This document shows positions 1-13,451 of a stretch of DNA of 64,000 bases, in pieces. The stretch is taken from positions 7,488,671-7,552,670 of the forward strand of contig CM119270.1 in NCBI GenBank assembly GCA_051294375.1, written 5' to 3'. Made by a program: the position numbers and the translations under genes. A model generated the notes under the pieces. It worked only from the letters and a program-made list of their open reading frames with translations. It was not told where the DNA came from and did not search any database. This DNA is from Paraspadella gotoi (taxonomy: Eukaryota; Animalia; Chaetognatha). Position 1 is the stretch's first letter. Each line of letters starts with the position of its first letter.

Positions 1-453
1 TTTTTTTTTCTTCGCCGAGTTTTTTTCATATTTGATCTTCCAATCAAGTTAAAACCCATTAATCTTAGCTTTCGCTAGTGACGTCGTTATTGTCGTCCTC
101 ATCGTCGTTGTCGTGGTTGTCCTCGTTGTTGTCGTTGTTGGTTCTAAATCTGGCAATATTCTCATTCTCTCATTGAAACCCAAATCATTTAAACTACATC
201 AGGTGATTGTATAAATCTCTAATTCAGCTTCATGAGTCACCACCAATACATATCACGTCACTAACTCTCCTCATCATCATTTATTATTATTCTAATCTTT
301 CTCCATCACGTCCTCTTCATCTCTCTCCATCATTCCATCTCCTTTTCCACATCATCCCGTCGAGGACTCGTAAGGCGTAATCGTGAGATCGTTAGTCTCT
401 CCGCAAATTGAATCTCGTACCTCCCTTCTTTTTTTTTATCCTCGCCTTTTCTC

Positions 454-492
<39 letters not shown>

Positions 493-1725
493 TCTCTCTC
501 TCTTCTCTCTTGCTCTCTTCTCTCTCTCTCTATCTTCTCTCTTCTTTCCTTTCCTCTTCCCCTCTGAAGATGAAATACGAACAAAGTCATTTTCAAATCT
601 CGGCCTTCGGTCGTCGCCGCTTTTGTTTCAATGGAGTCAGTTTCTTCTTTCTCTCATTCAATTTCTTTCATTAACTCCGCTCTGGACTCTCAGCCAATCG
701 CTGCCGCGATTTGGCCATCGAGACTTGATCTGGATTGATCGTGGTTATCTTCTTTTGTTTGCCTTTGTTTCGTTTATTCTCAAGTTAAATGTGTGAGATG
801 CGGCAGTAAATTTCTTAAAGTACAATTGGATTACAAAATTTTAACTGAAAAATCCTATTTTCTGCTCGTGTTAAGATAGAGTCAGTTATTAATTGGATTC
901 AATATTACCAAGAAACCCCAAACAAATAAAGCTGCACACTCTTAATAATAAGATAGTAGTGTATATATAAATTATATTAAAAAATTGCGCTTTTCTAAAA
1001 TCCTGGCAAGCTAACTTAATATTTTTAATTCACACAACAAAGTAATTTCACTTAGTAATATAAAGATTTATGCTTTACAATTTTTTCTTATTTTAAACAC
1101 AAAGATTTAAATTACTAGACCTAGCCTTTTTAATATGTATGCCTGACCTTATTTTGCTTTCATATATTTCTCTCCTCTCCTCACTCTCTCTCACTATCGT
1201 ATTTCTCTCTTCTCTCCCTCAACATCGATTTCTATCACTGGTGTCTTCAACCCCAATCGGCCTTCCAGTGACTTGACTTTTTCTTCACGATGTCCCTCTT
1301 TTGAGATTTATTTTACCGCATCTCTCTGCTCTCTCTCTCTCTCTCTTCGTTCTTCTCCATTCTCTTCTCTCTCTCTCTCTATCTCTCTCCCCAATCCTTC
1401 ACTTTATTCTTCACCTAATATTTTCTCTCGCCACCTCAATTTCTTTTTTCTTATTCTTTCCACGCTTCACTCCCTCTCTGTTTCTCCTACTTGATTTTTT
1501 CTCTTCTCCCTCTCTTCCCACTCGAACCCCCATCTACCGGAAAAAAAAATATGCGCTAAAAGTTTCCTGTCAATTTAGCTTCACTCACCTTCGCTTCTGT
1601 CGTCGTCGTCGTCGTTCACCTTGGAAAAAGGAGATAAGGGAGAGGTTACATCTTTTTCCTTCGTCCTTCTGTCTTATCATCGTACTGGGTATCGATTTAT
1701 CTCCCTCTCCCTCCCTCTCTCTCTC

Positions 1726-1756
<31 letters not shown>

Positions 1757-4700
1757 CTCTCTCCTACGATGAGGTATTCAAAACCTAAACTCGTTTTTAA
1801 TTCATTTCATTATCCCCTTTGTATCGGAACTAATACCTCCCCCCTAATCTATCTTGAATCTTCCCCCCCTTAATATCTCCCTTAATTTCTTCGCCACCGT
1901 CTCCATCTTTTTCTCCTTCAACCGCTTTTACTGTCGACGCCGATTTTCGTCGACGACATTGAAGAGAGAATGAATCGAGGAAGGAGGCAGACGCCCGATT
2001 TTAACCTCTCTTCACCTCTCTTCTTCTCTCGAACGACTTTTCTAATTTCTTCCTCTCTAAAGCTATTTTCTTTTTATTTTCTTTTTTTTTTTCCTAAGCT
2101 CCTCGTCTTCTCTCTGTATCTTTAAACTCTTGTCCCTCTGTTACTCAGCTTTTCTTTTCTTTTTCTTCATCTCGTCTTGCATTGACTTTCTTCTCTCTCC
2201 CTCTCTCTTTCCTATTTTTTAATATCTTTGTTATCTTTCAACTTCCCAAATTCCTCTCTATTTTCTCTATTTCCTCATCGTTTTTTCCCCCTTCGTCTCG
2301 TTTCTTCTCTTCTCTATCTTTCCTTACCTTTTATAACCTACCTTTTCCGTTCCTCCCCTTCGGCCTTGAACGAGACAAAGTGTCTCTGTCTTTGTCTCTC
2401 TCCCGTCTCTCTCTCACTCGAGTTCTGTTCATCACGAGAGGCAACAGAGAACTAGAGGCTGTTCTAAAATATCAAATATCATTATCCTAGTTAAAGCTTA
2501 TTGAAGCATGCACGTTGAAATTGCTTTAATTTTTTTTTTATTAATACCAAAAACTGTATTGACAAAATAAAAAACGGTAACAGTGTAAAAGAAAACGGTA
2601 AACAAGTAAAAACTAAACTATTAAAATTATACAAAAACAAAAGACACTAACGTTTAAAATGGAATCATTAGTAAATGTTATGAACTAATTCATAAGAAAC
2701 TATAAAAAATAACGTTCAAAAACGTTCAAGGATCAAATATCATTATCATTGCTTTAATTTCTAAACGAAAACAATCACAGAAATTTATAATCATTCCGAC
2801 CCTTACTACTTTTAAATCTTTTTTTTCTCGTCTATTTATTTTTTAGTTTTCCCTCACGCAACAAAAAAAAATAACAACAACAACGAGAAAAATCCCTTCG
2901 TCGCGACGAACCGGGTCCGAAGCCTCATCGCGCCACCGTCGACTCTAATTAAACAAATCGGCTGATCCCGGGATTTTCGACGCTAGTAATTACTTCAATA
3001 TGCAAATGAGATTATGGAGAATTACTGTCGGGGAAGGGGGGGAGGGACGAGATTAAATCCGATATCGTCACATTTTTTTTTCTTTATCTTCACATTCTTC
3101 GCGCGTCGACGGAGAAGAGAGAGAAAATTGCCGCCATTTTTATTTTTATTTATTCCAGGGAGATAAGCGTCGAGTTTGTTCTCAACCCTCTCCCCCCTCT
3201 GGAAGCTTGGCAAGCCACCGTCCTATATCCTCTTGGTGTCCAGGAGGCCCTCACTGACTCACGGTACCTCCACCGCCTCAAACCCTCCCAGGTGCTTCTA
3301 AGGCCTTCGTTCTTCATCTTCATTTTGCGCCCACATTCTCAATTTTGTACCAAAAAACATTTTCTATCTCTCTCTCTCTCTCTCTCCCTCAATTTCCTTT
3401 CATTTTCTTATTCTCAACCCGTTAATCTTAACAACCGGTAGTTATCGTTCCATTTTTCTTTTCTTTATGACTAAATCGTTAGTCTGTCTGTCCGTCTGTC
3501 CCGTCCGCCTTAAACCAAGTAGTATTAACCATTGTGCACTCATTATTTGTCATGGAGCCTTACATTTTATCCTTTATTCTTCTTATTTTTTCATTTACTT
3601 TCTTCTCCCTTTATCCACCTTCTTCTCTTTCTCTTACCCCCTCCTCTTTCTCCACTATATTCAGAATTGGCGTTGGCGCGCGTGAGAGGGGCCAAGGTCA
3701 AATATGGCGGCGCTCGAGTGGAGAAGAGAGAGGGGGCGTTGTGAAGGAAGTTGCGCGCGGAAGGGAGAGGGGGAGGCGAGGCGCTGCTGCGGGGCGGGTT
3801 AAACGAAATGCAGAAAAGCCGCGCGGGGGATGGGCAGGGGAGGAACGTTGAAAAAGGTTATGAAAAAAAGAGAGAAAAAAATTGTAGCGTATTTCTTTTT
3901 AATAAATCTCGATGCGTACTAGAGCTTAGGCAAATAAAAGAACAAAGAAAAAAGGAAAAAAAAACAACAAAAGTTGATATTAAAAATAAAAAAAAGAGAA
4001 TAAAAAGGAAAAGAGAGAGAGAGAGAGTGAGAGAATATATATCCGAAGAAGTTGCACATATCGATCGCGCGGTCGTTGCTTGCATAATTTGAGCTTGGTG
4101 CGAAGTTGCGAACCGAGGCGCCTTTGCATGAAGCGACTGGCATTATCGATGCAAACTAAAACGAAGCTTGTGTTGCAAACTCTGACATTTTTGGATTCGA
4201 ATTTGTGAAAGGAACAAAAGATTCCTTGCGGCGAGACGCGGATCACATTTTGATTGGCGAGAAGGCAAATGCGCGTTGGTGATGTCAGATGATGTCTTTC
4301 TTTGTGATACAATTTCTTTTGTGATTCGTTAAGTCGTGTTTTCTATCGAATCTCTGCTGAATTGTCGGGCTCTTCGTTGACTTGCATTCTGCAATTGCTG
4401 CCTTTGTAAATTGCACAGTCATCAATCAACATTTCTCATGTCTTGTGGGAAACTAGAAACACGTTGGACGTAAACAATGGAGTCTTTTTGCAGAAAGACG
4501 TGCATCGATGCAAAATCATTGACGAACCCAAACGTCAGCTTAAATGATTGCTTTATTTATTCTACCGGCAAATTAGCGAAATATTTCCACCCTTTTTCAT
4601 CTTTTTTTAACTTTTGACGATTTTTTTAAAAAAACTTCAGTTGTCAGTGAAAAGGGAAAGAAAACAATTTTAAAAGGAAAAAAAAATAGATGAGTGACAT

Positions 4701-4972
4701 ATATTTTTTCGTTTTAGGAATTTTTGGATAAAGACTTTTGTCTCTTTTGATTTTGTTTTAACTTTCTCTCAGTTTTGTTTTGGTTAGATGTTTTCAATGC
4801 GAAAGCGACTTTCTGGCAAACGTGCACAGTGGTCGAAAAAGAGGAAAAATGACACGCGAGTTTTCACTCTTCTGAATACAAAATAATTTATAGGAACGGG
4901 GACTCGCGTATAATCTCACCGATAAAAATTATACTCTGCTCCGGGATCGTCGAACTATAAATACTGTCATCC

Positions 4973-5019
<47 letters not shown>

Positions 5020-6134
5020 GAGAGAAGAGGAGAGGAGAGAGAGAGAGAAGAGGAGAGAGAGATGAGAGAGAGAATAAAATGGAACCCGGCCACGCCCTCG
5101 TCACTCAATGCGTCCCCGACGTTCTTACGTCAAATAATCGTGACTGGAAGGTCAGTGGTTCGATTATTAAATTATCCCTGTCATTTCGCTACAATCACTG
5201 TTTTCTATTTCCATGTCAAAACAGCATGTCGAATGTATTATTTTATCACATGTCAACTTCTCCTTGCTGGTCACCCTTCACCTCAACCCAACGTCTGTCT
5301 AGATTCGTTAAAGTTAAACGGTTGTTCTTCTGTTCAGCAGCGTCCCTTCTCCAACGTCTACAACGACGCCTTTCAACAACTTCACTGAACGAGCAACTTC
5401 GGAATTAGAAGATCAAATGTTGAGACGACGACGACAACAACAACGACGACCTCGTAGACCGAGACCCTTGATCTCTGAACTTTTGCACCTTCAGATGGAA
5501 TAGATTGGCTTTCCTTTCAGTATTTTCAAAGGTTTAAATTTTAGCTTTCCCTTCGTGAAGTAATTAAGAAATTAAGTACAATTATGGAATACGTATTCCA
5601 CGAGCTTTACAATCCAAGGTCCCTTCACTCCCTCTGCCGGATTTTATCATCAAAAATAAACATTCTCTCCATATCGCGTTCACCCCATCATTCCTTTATT
5701 CCATCACCAAATAAAAATAAAACAACCCCATCACTCCATCCTTATCCTCATAAATCCATCACCCCATCATTCGAAACCCATCAGCCGCTCCACTCGATGC
5801 CCAAAGCGTCCGAGCGAATCGCGGGCGAATCGCGGGCACCTCTTAATGGAAGCTACGAGCGAGTGAGAGACATTCGCGGCGACGAGTGAGAGCGAGACAT
5901 TCACAGCGACCACCTTAATCACGTTTTTGATGTCCGCATAAAAGGAAGGAAAACGTTTTAGAGGAAGGAGGAGGAGGAAGAAGATCTTTTAGTTTATTGT
6001 ATATAAATTGAGAATCGAGAAAGAAAGAACTAAAGAAGGAAAGAAAGAAAGATGTAAAGAAGGAAAGAAAGATAGAAAGAAACAAAGAAAGAAAGAAAGA
6101 AATAACTAAATAAGGAAAGAAAGAAAGATGTAAT

Positions 6135-6164
6135 GAAAGAAAGAAAGAAAGAAAGAAAGAACGA

Positions 6165-6235
<71 letters not shown>
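6135..6235. repeat. (GAAA)n microsatellite
   Basis: Directly visible. Confidence 0.97.
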
Positions 6236-6236
<1 letters not shown>

Positions 6237-6777
6237 CAGACAGACCCAAAGGAATCACAAAGCGTGTAAGGTCGTGGTTCCAACGGAATCGACACCCGAT
6301 TCAGTCTCGATAATCATGGAAGCAGCAAGCAGTAGGCAATCATAGCGAGAAAGGAACAAAAGATCATAGAATTATTTGATTTTTATCAGTCTTTCCCGAC
6401 ACCTGGAGTCCTTGACCAGTGCACACCAATTTTTTTCGCGGAAAATCTTACCCATTATTAATTTAAGTTAGTTTTGGCCCGCCTTATTACCCACATATAC
6501 TTTCCTCGTATCTTTCTTTCCATAGTTCTCACAATATCTTTTAATTATTGATTTCTGATAAGGGACATTGTTCTTTTCTTTTAATCTAATAATAGTGAAA
6601 ATTATATATTTTCCTCATTACATACATACGGACTTGTCAAAACATGCGGTCTATACGTCGCTCCTCTAGACTTCTCGTTTAACAGCCACTTAGAAACACA
6701 AGGCTCGTTATCCCACCAGCGATTTAAACAAATACAATTTTTAAAATCACTCTCGTTCGCTTGTATTCTGTTTCGCC

Positions 6778-7085
6778 ACCCGCTACGCAACCTGCTAGGC
6801 CAACCGCTATGACTCCCGCTACGCAACCTGCTAGGCCCACCGCTTGACTCCCGCGACGCAACTGCTAGGCCAACCGCTTATGACTCCCGCTACGCAACTG
6901 CTAGGCCCAACCGTATGAAGGACTCTTCCAGCTACGACGGACCAATTCCCGCTACTGATACAAACGTGCTTAGGAGTCGCCCGCAACCGCTATAGCTTCC
7001 CGCTACGCAACCTGCTAGGCCAGCCGCTATGACGCCCGCTTCGCAACCTGCTCGGCCAACCGCTATGACTTCCACTACGCCACCC
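6778..7085. repeat. GC-rich minisatellite, 36-bp unit CCCGCTACGCAACCTGCTAGGCCAACCGCTATGACT, ~8-9 copies
   Basis: Tandem units are directly visible; the middle copies are degraded by indels. Confidence 0.9.
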
Positions 7086-8278
7086 GAAACCCCAACAAGT
7101 TACAGTTCTCCATCCTTTCCTCGCATCATAAACTTGTAGTTTTATCGTCCCAACGCGATATGAATGGTTACAGTTTCCGAGGTCGTTCTCTGCCCTTTAT
7201 GGCAAAAAATTAAACTTCTCTATTTACTTTAGTAAGTGCTTAAAAAAACTCGTTTTTCTAACAATCTTATATTATTAAATGGCTAATTCCGTAATTATTT
7301 AATTCTCAATAATGTAATCAAATTCTATCAAGCTATCTAATAAAAGGGAAACAGTTTTAACTATCTCTCCTCCACGGATAGAAACTATTCAAACCTTTTT
7401 TTTTTTTTGCGCCATCCGAGCACATATCTAGTCCCAACCTCTTGCGCGCCATCTACTCTCACAATTTCAATTTCCTCTGCGCCACCGATGCGTGCCGACT
7501 CGACTTCCTGCGCGCCTTCCATGTCCCCTTTTTCTCGGACACGAGGCAAGAGGGAAATTAAGAGCTCCGTCCCTTGGCGCCTAATTACTTGACGTCGACG
7601 CCAGAGCGCCATCTGCAGAAGCGGCGCTAAAACGAAAAGGAAAAATTGCAGAAAAAAAAAGGGAAACGAGGCAGGGGAGAGAGACAGAGAAAGGCAGATG
7701 GAGAAACAGCATAAGTCATACAATAACATCAATTTTTTTAACGACAGCTCTGAACCATATAGTTCGTTTTATTTATACAACCTGTTAATCCAGGCAAACT
7801 CTGTACCCTAATGTATGTAATTGTATATTTATATTAATAAACCAAAACTCCATCCATTCTTCCTTGAAAGAAAAAAAAGGCGTGAGGCAAAATGACCCGA
7901 AAATAGAATAATGCAATAATGCAAATCTGCGCACACATTTGCAAGTGGAAGAGACGAGGGACATGAAACATTCATGTTTAGCTTTTTTTTTGCATTTTTT
8001 TCTTTTTTTTTATGGCGCGCTTTTTTTTTTTTTTTTGGTGGAAGCGAAGGAAGTTTGCCAGAGTCAAGCGTCTGGTTGAAGAAGAAAAAAAAGGGAGGAA
8101 AGTTGAGGAAAAAAGGAGACAGACAAAGTGGACGCAGAAAAACAATAAAAAAAAAGAAAGAAAGGAAGGATAAACCGAAAAAAAAGAGGAAAGGTTTAAA
8201 TGATGCGGAGGAAGAGTTTGGTTTGGCTCGTTTTGAGCGCACTGTTCGTCTAGGGTACGATGCAAACGAGAACGAGAG

Positions 8279-8314
<36 letters not shown>

Positions 8315-8461
8315 GAGACTGAGAGAGAGAGAGAACAGAGAGGCAGAAAGAGAGCGATAGTGAGTAGGTGAAAAGGCCGCATCCACCACAGGGGACACGA
8401 GAACAAAGACCCCACGGGAGTTTAGCTATGAACGTTCTCTCTCTCTCTCTGCTACTTCTCG

Positions 8462-8492
<31 letters not shown>

Positions 8493-9736
8493 TCTCTCGT
8501 CTCTCTCTCTCTCTCTTCTCTCCAAAAGTTTTCGCTTTTCACAAACGTTTTCCTCGTCTTATCAGTTTTTTGGGGGGAAAACACGAAAACAAAATAGAAA
8601 AAAAATCCATTTAACGTGTGAACGAAGGAAACAACAACTCTATATCAAACGCGACTATTTTTTTATTTTTATTCAATTTGCGCCAAAAATATTGTGGAAT
8701 TTGATTGATATTTAATACTGTTTTTATAATATATTTCGTTAAGCCGTCTTACAAAAAAAAAACAAAAAAAACACAATAAATGAATTTCTCTGGAGTAAAA
8801 AAGAGGAAAATTTTAAATTTTTTTTGACAAATTCTCTCGCGATTTCGAGAAAAAAGTCGAAAGAATCAGAGCGAAAGAGGATTTGGTTCTGTGGGGAATT
8901 GATTGTAACGACGACGACGACGACGAAGACGACGACGATTGTGAAGACGACCAACTCAACGACCACGGCGACGACAACAATGATAAAGACGATGACTGTA
9001 GGGTGGATAAAGGAACGACCACGATAGTACTGACGATGAAGATGATGATGATGACTACAATGATGCGGATTTACGACGACGACGACGAGGATGATGAAGA
9101 TGATGATAAAACTTATATTAAGATATTAATGAAGATAGGGATGATGATCATTAGACAAATTCAATGATGACATTGACTAAGATAAGGATGAAGACGACGA
9201 TGACTACGACGAATGAAATTTCTGAGACGGCGAATTCGAATGAAGACAAAAAAGTTGAGGCGAGAGACGAAAATAAGTCGAAGAATCTGCGGACGAATTA
9301 AATTGCGTTCGATGCCCAAAAAAATAATTTCGATATCGCTTTGAAAAACGGGTTTTTTTATTTTTCATTGTGTATTTATTTAATTTTTATTCATTGTTTC
9401 TTGATTTAAAAATTTATTCATCGATGAGGCAAAGNNNNNNNNNNNNNNNNNNNNNNNNNNNNNNNNNNNNNNNNNNNNNNNNNNNNNNNNNNNNNNNNNN
9501 NNNNNNNNNNNNNNNNNNNNNNNNNNNNNNNNNNNNNNNNNNNNNNNNNNNNNNNNNNNNNNNNNNNNNNNNNNNNNNNNNNNNNNNNNNNNNNNNNNNN
9601 NNNNNNNNNNNNNNNNNNNNNNNNNNNNNNNNNNNNNNNNNNNNNNNNNNNNNNNNNNNNNNNNNNNNNNNNNNNNNNNNNNNNNNNNNNNNNNNNNNNN
9701 NNNNNNNNNNNNNNNNNNNNNNNNNNNNNNNNNNNN

Positions 9737-9990
9737 AAAGATTATATTTCTCTTATCAACTTTTATGACGAATCCAAATCTGCAAAAGAAATCTAGAAAA
9801 AACTGTTTTGAATTTTAAACATTTATTGTTGTATACTAGTAAAGATATGGACCTACTCGCGTAAATAGTAAAATTTATTATAAATTTTTTTATACATAAA
9901 GTTCATAAGTAATAGATGATTTGTTCCGTTCCTCACTTTTAGAATTTTAACTCTTAAAGTTAAACTTGAGAATTATTACTACGCCTTAGC
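9737..9990. mobile_element. Copy of the same dispersed repeat family as 61330-61578 (one arm, truncated by a gap)
   Basis: Collinear similarity over ~250 bp (gaatccaaatct, actgttttgaa, tactagtaaa, taaaatttattataaattt, gttcctcactt, tactacgc). Confidence 0.7.
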
Positions 9991-11440
9991 TGGTGGGTCG
10001 CGGGGAGATGAGAAGTGGAGGGAAAGAAGAAAAGGGAGATAGAGAAAATTAGGTGAGGGGAAGGTTGGGGGAGGCAGAGAAACAGTGTCAATAGAAAGTA
10101 AGAGGTGAACAAGAAAGTTTAAAAAGAAAGAAAATCGGTAACACAAGACAGAATAAGATAGGAAGAAAGAAGAAAAGAAAAAAATTACCCGAGATGAGTG
10201 AGAGAAAAAAAAAGCTAATTTAAGAACGAAAAAATTGTTTTAGAAATTTCTAATTTCTTTTGGCAGATTATTGATTGTACTGATCCAAAGGATATGAGGT
10301 TATAAACCAAAAGTATACTATAAACATTTGAGTTAGTTAGTCTGTCCGACTCTTTATCCACATTCGAATCTCGGTTCTAAATTTCCAATTTTCTTCTGAT
10401 CTCAACTTCATCCGGTTTTTATTTGCTGACTTCTTCTCCATTTCCTTTTTTTTCCTTCAGATTTCTTTCCTTTCCTCCATCTCACTCTTTCCTCCTCTAT
10501 ACAACTCTTTCCTTCACTCCCCAATTTTCTTTCTTTCCTTTTTCTGTCTTTCTCCACCCACAGTTCCCCATTTACTGCCTTTTTTCGTTCTTCTAATTTC
10601 TCCATTTCTTTGTTTCCTTATTTATCCCATTTCCCCATTTCCCACATTTCAACATTTCCCCATTTCTCAACGCCACTTCGCTCTCCAACCCCTCCCCCGA
10701 TTTTCATAACTCCATTTTTCTTTAATCCCCTCTTTCCGTTTAAATCCTTGTTTCTCACTCTAATTGTTTTTTTCCTTCTCATTTTCCTTCCATAAATTTA
10801 AAGTCGCTTCTCCACGATTCTTCCCCTTTCGCTCTAACCCTATATTTTCTACTTTGTCTTTCTACCAGTTTCTTCCCTTTCTTTTGTTTCTACCACCATC
10901 TTCATTTTACTTTTATTTTCCCCTGTCTCAAATCTGTCTTCGCATTACTCCACTTTCACAATTTTTTCTCGACTCTTGTTTCATACATTTTCTTAATTTC
11001 AAACAACAACTCCCTCCTTAAATCTCCCAGAACCCACGTCTTTTCCTTTCCAATTTATACCGTAGTAGTTCGTAGGTAAAATTAAAACCAAGTGCGTAAA
11101 ACCAAAGTCAACTTTCTCTCTTTTTTTCTACCCCCAACTCACTTTTTGGCTTCGATAACTTTCCAATACTTCCCCCTCCGCTACTCTCTCCTCCCTCTCC
11201 TCCCTTCCATTTTCCCTCCTTTTCTCGGCATTTCTTCTTCTCCAGCCCCAAAACACTTCCTCCCTCGTTCCCTTCCTCCTTCTTCCTCCTTCCCCCCCTC
11301 CTCCCCCCTCTTTTCTCCTTCCAACGAACGCGCGTCCGAAAAGATTGATTCCCGTTCGCCGTTCAAGAAATGGATTAGTAGAAGTTCATTGCTTTTTTGA
11401 CTTTCAAGAGGAAGGACCATCGGTTCTCGGCGAGATCAGC

Positions 11441-11441
<1 letters not shown>

Positions 11442-11524
<83 letters not shown>
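11442..11524. repeat. (CT)n microsatellite, representative of dozens of GA/CT tracts (e.g. 44424-44504, 54266-54346)
   Basis: Directly visible. Confidence 0.97.
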
Positions 11525-11528
<4 letters not shown>

Positions 11529-12108
11529 ATTTCCCAGAAATATTGGTTCCAAACTTATACAGAATTTTTAAGAAATTCCTACATCATACAAATAAAATAA
11601 AGAGCACATCTTTAAAATCGCTGCTTGACTATTTGGCAGCAAAATCACAGTAAAAGTCGAAAGAACTTACAAAGATTTGATGTGAATACTGAATAGTCCG
11701 ACTAGACTGACAGATAGACTGGCGGACAGAATCACATCAAGAGAATTCGAGAAAGTCATTGCTAAAATGAGACAGAGTTATCGACGAACTGACTCCGTAC
11801 AAAGTTATCTCAGATTAAGAGCATATCAATATAATATTGATTAAATTACAAACTGATAATTTAGTTTGTTATAAGAAAATGAAAATGACTTGCAATTTCG
11901 ACTATTTTTAGACGCATGATGGTTGATGCTGCCGATGATAGCGTTGGTCCCTGAGTGGGCTTCGCTTTGTGTTGAGATGGTATTCCGTCGGTCTATTGAT
12001 CAAAAGCCGTCGCTTCGTTAATTTTCCTTTTTTGCATCTCATTGATTTTAAATGGAGTAAGTTCATTTTTCTACTTTACTTAATTTTTTTGTCCCCGTTT
12101 TTTTAAAG

Positions 12109-12163
<55 letters not shown>

Positions 12164-12705
12164 TTTTCTCACCTCTATTAGCATATCTTTTATCAAAATT
12201 CGTGTCCCGTTTTCTGTTTCTCTCTCCTTCTCATCTTCTCTCCTTCATCCTCGGCTAAACTATTCAATTATTCATTTCGTACTCATTTGTTATTCATTCA
12301 CTGATCGATTCTTTCATTCATAAAGGCATTCATTTAATAATTCACTTATTCATACATTTAAAAAAATTGGGTAGAACTTAAAACGTAATTATATGTTTGT
12401 TATTCATTCTGTTTCACGTTGTCTAAATTTCTCATTTACCAATTTATATTCACCCATTCTCTTTCCTTTTCTCTTTTTCCTTTCTTTCAACCTCTCATTT
12501 ATCTACTCTACTTCTCTCTTTCTCTCCCTTTGCATGTCAACTTCTCTTCAACGCTCAGCCTCCCTCCCCCGGGCTCTTTTCTTTTGTCTGTTATGATAGC
12601 CGCATTTACACTAAAGACAGAGTGAGAGAGAAAGCGGGAGACTATCTCCCTCTCCCTATTTTTCTCTCCTCAGAGCTACCTCCGGGGCGTTTCCAGTTTG
12701 CCGAC

Positions 12706-12752
<47 letters not shown>

Positions 12753-13350
12753 ATTTTCTTCTTCCCTTCTTTGCAATTAGATTACTTATCAATTCGTTTC
12801 CATGACCACGACCTTTTGCCTTTTTTTCCTTTCCTCGCCTTCTCAGCGAAAAAACTCTTCCATGGATCAACTTTTCCGGTTATTCCTTTTTCTTTTTTTC
12901 TTTTCCTTTTTCACTCCTTTTTCTTATTCGCCCCTTCCTTTCTTTAACTTTCCTTTTCGCTCATGTTTTTCTAACCCAAATTTCACGATTTCGCTTCTCT
13001 TAACCTTTCACTGTTTTTCTTTTTTTTTTACTTCACTCATTTTATTTTTTATGAAAGTCTTCTCTTTTTTTTTCTGTCTCTTTGTTCACAATTTTTTAAT
13101 TCTGTTAAATTTTCGTGTCAACCTTTCTGTTAATTTTTCTTCCTATCTCAATCCCTACTCTTCTTTTTTTCTCGCCTCTTTCCTATCTTCCTTGGCTAAA
13201 TTTCCATTGTTTTTTAGCCCATAAATTTTGTTTATTATCATGAAACGCGTTTTTTAAATGATATCATTTCTGTCATCCTTCCTTTTGTCAAAAAGATTCA
13301 CGTTTAGTCGTTGCTCTCATTCTCATTCTTTGCCCTTTTCGCAGCCTTGG

Positions 13351-13386
<36 letters not shown>

Positions 13387-13411
13387 NNNNNNNNNNNNNN
13401 NNNNNNNNNNN

Positions 13412-13451
<40 letters not shown>

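Noticed and set aside
6778-7085. 36-bp repeats as a CRISPR array
   Set aside because: Units are contiguous without unique spacers, there are no cas genes, and the context is eukaryotic.
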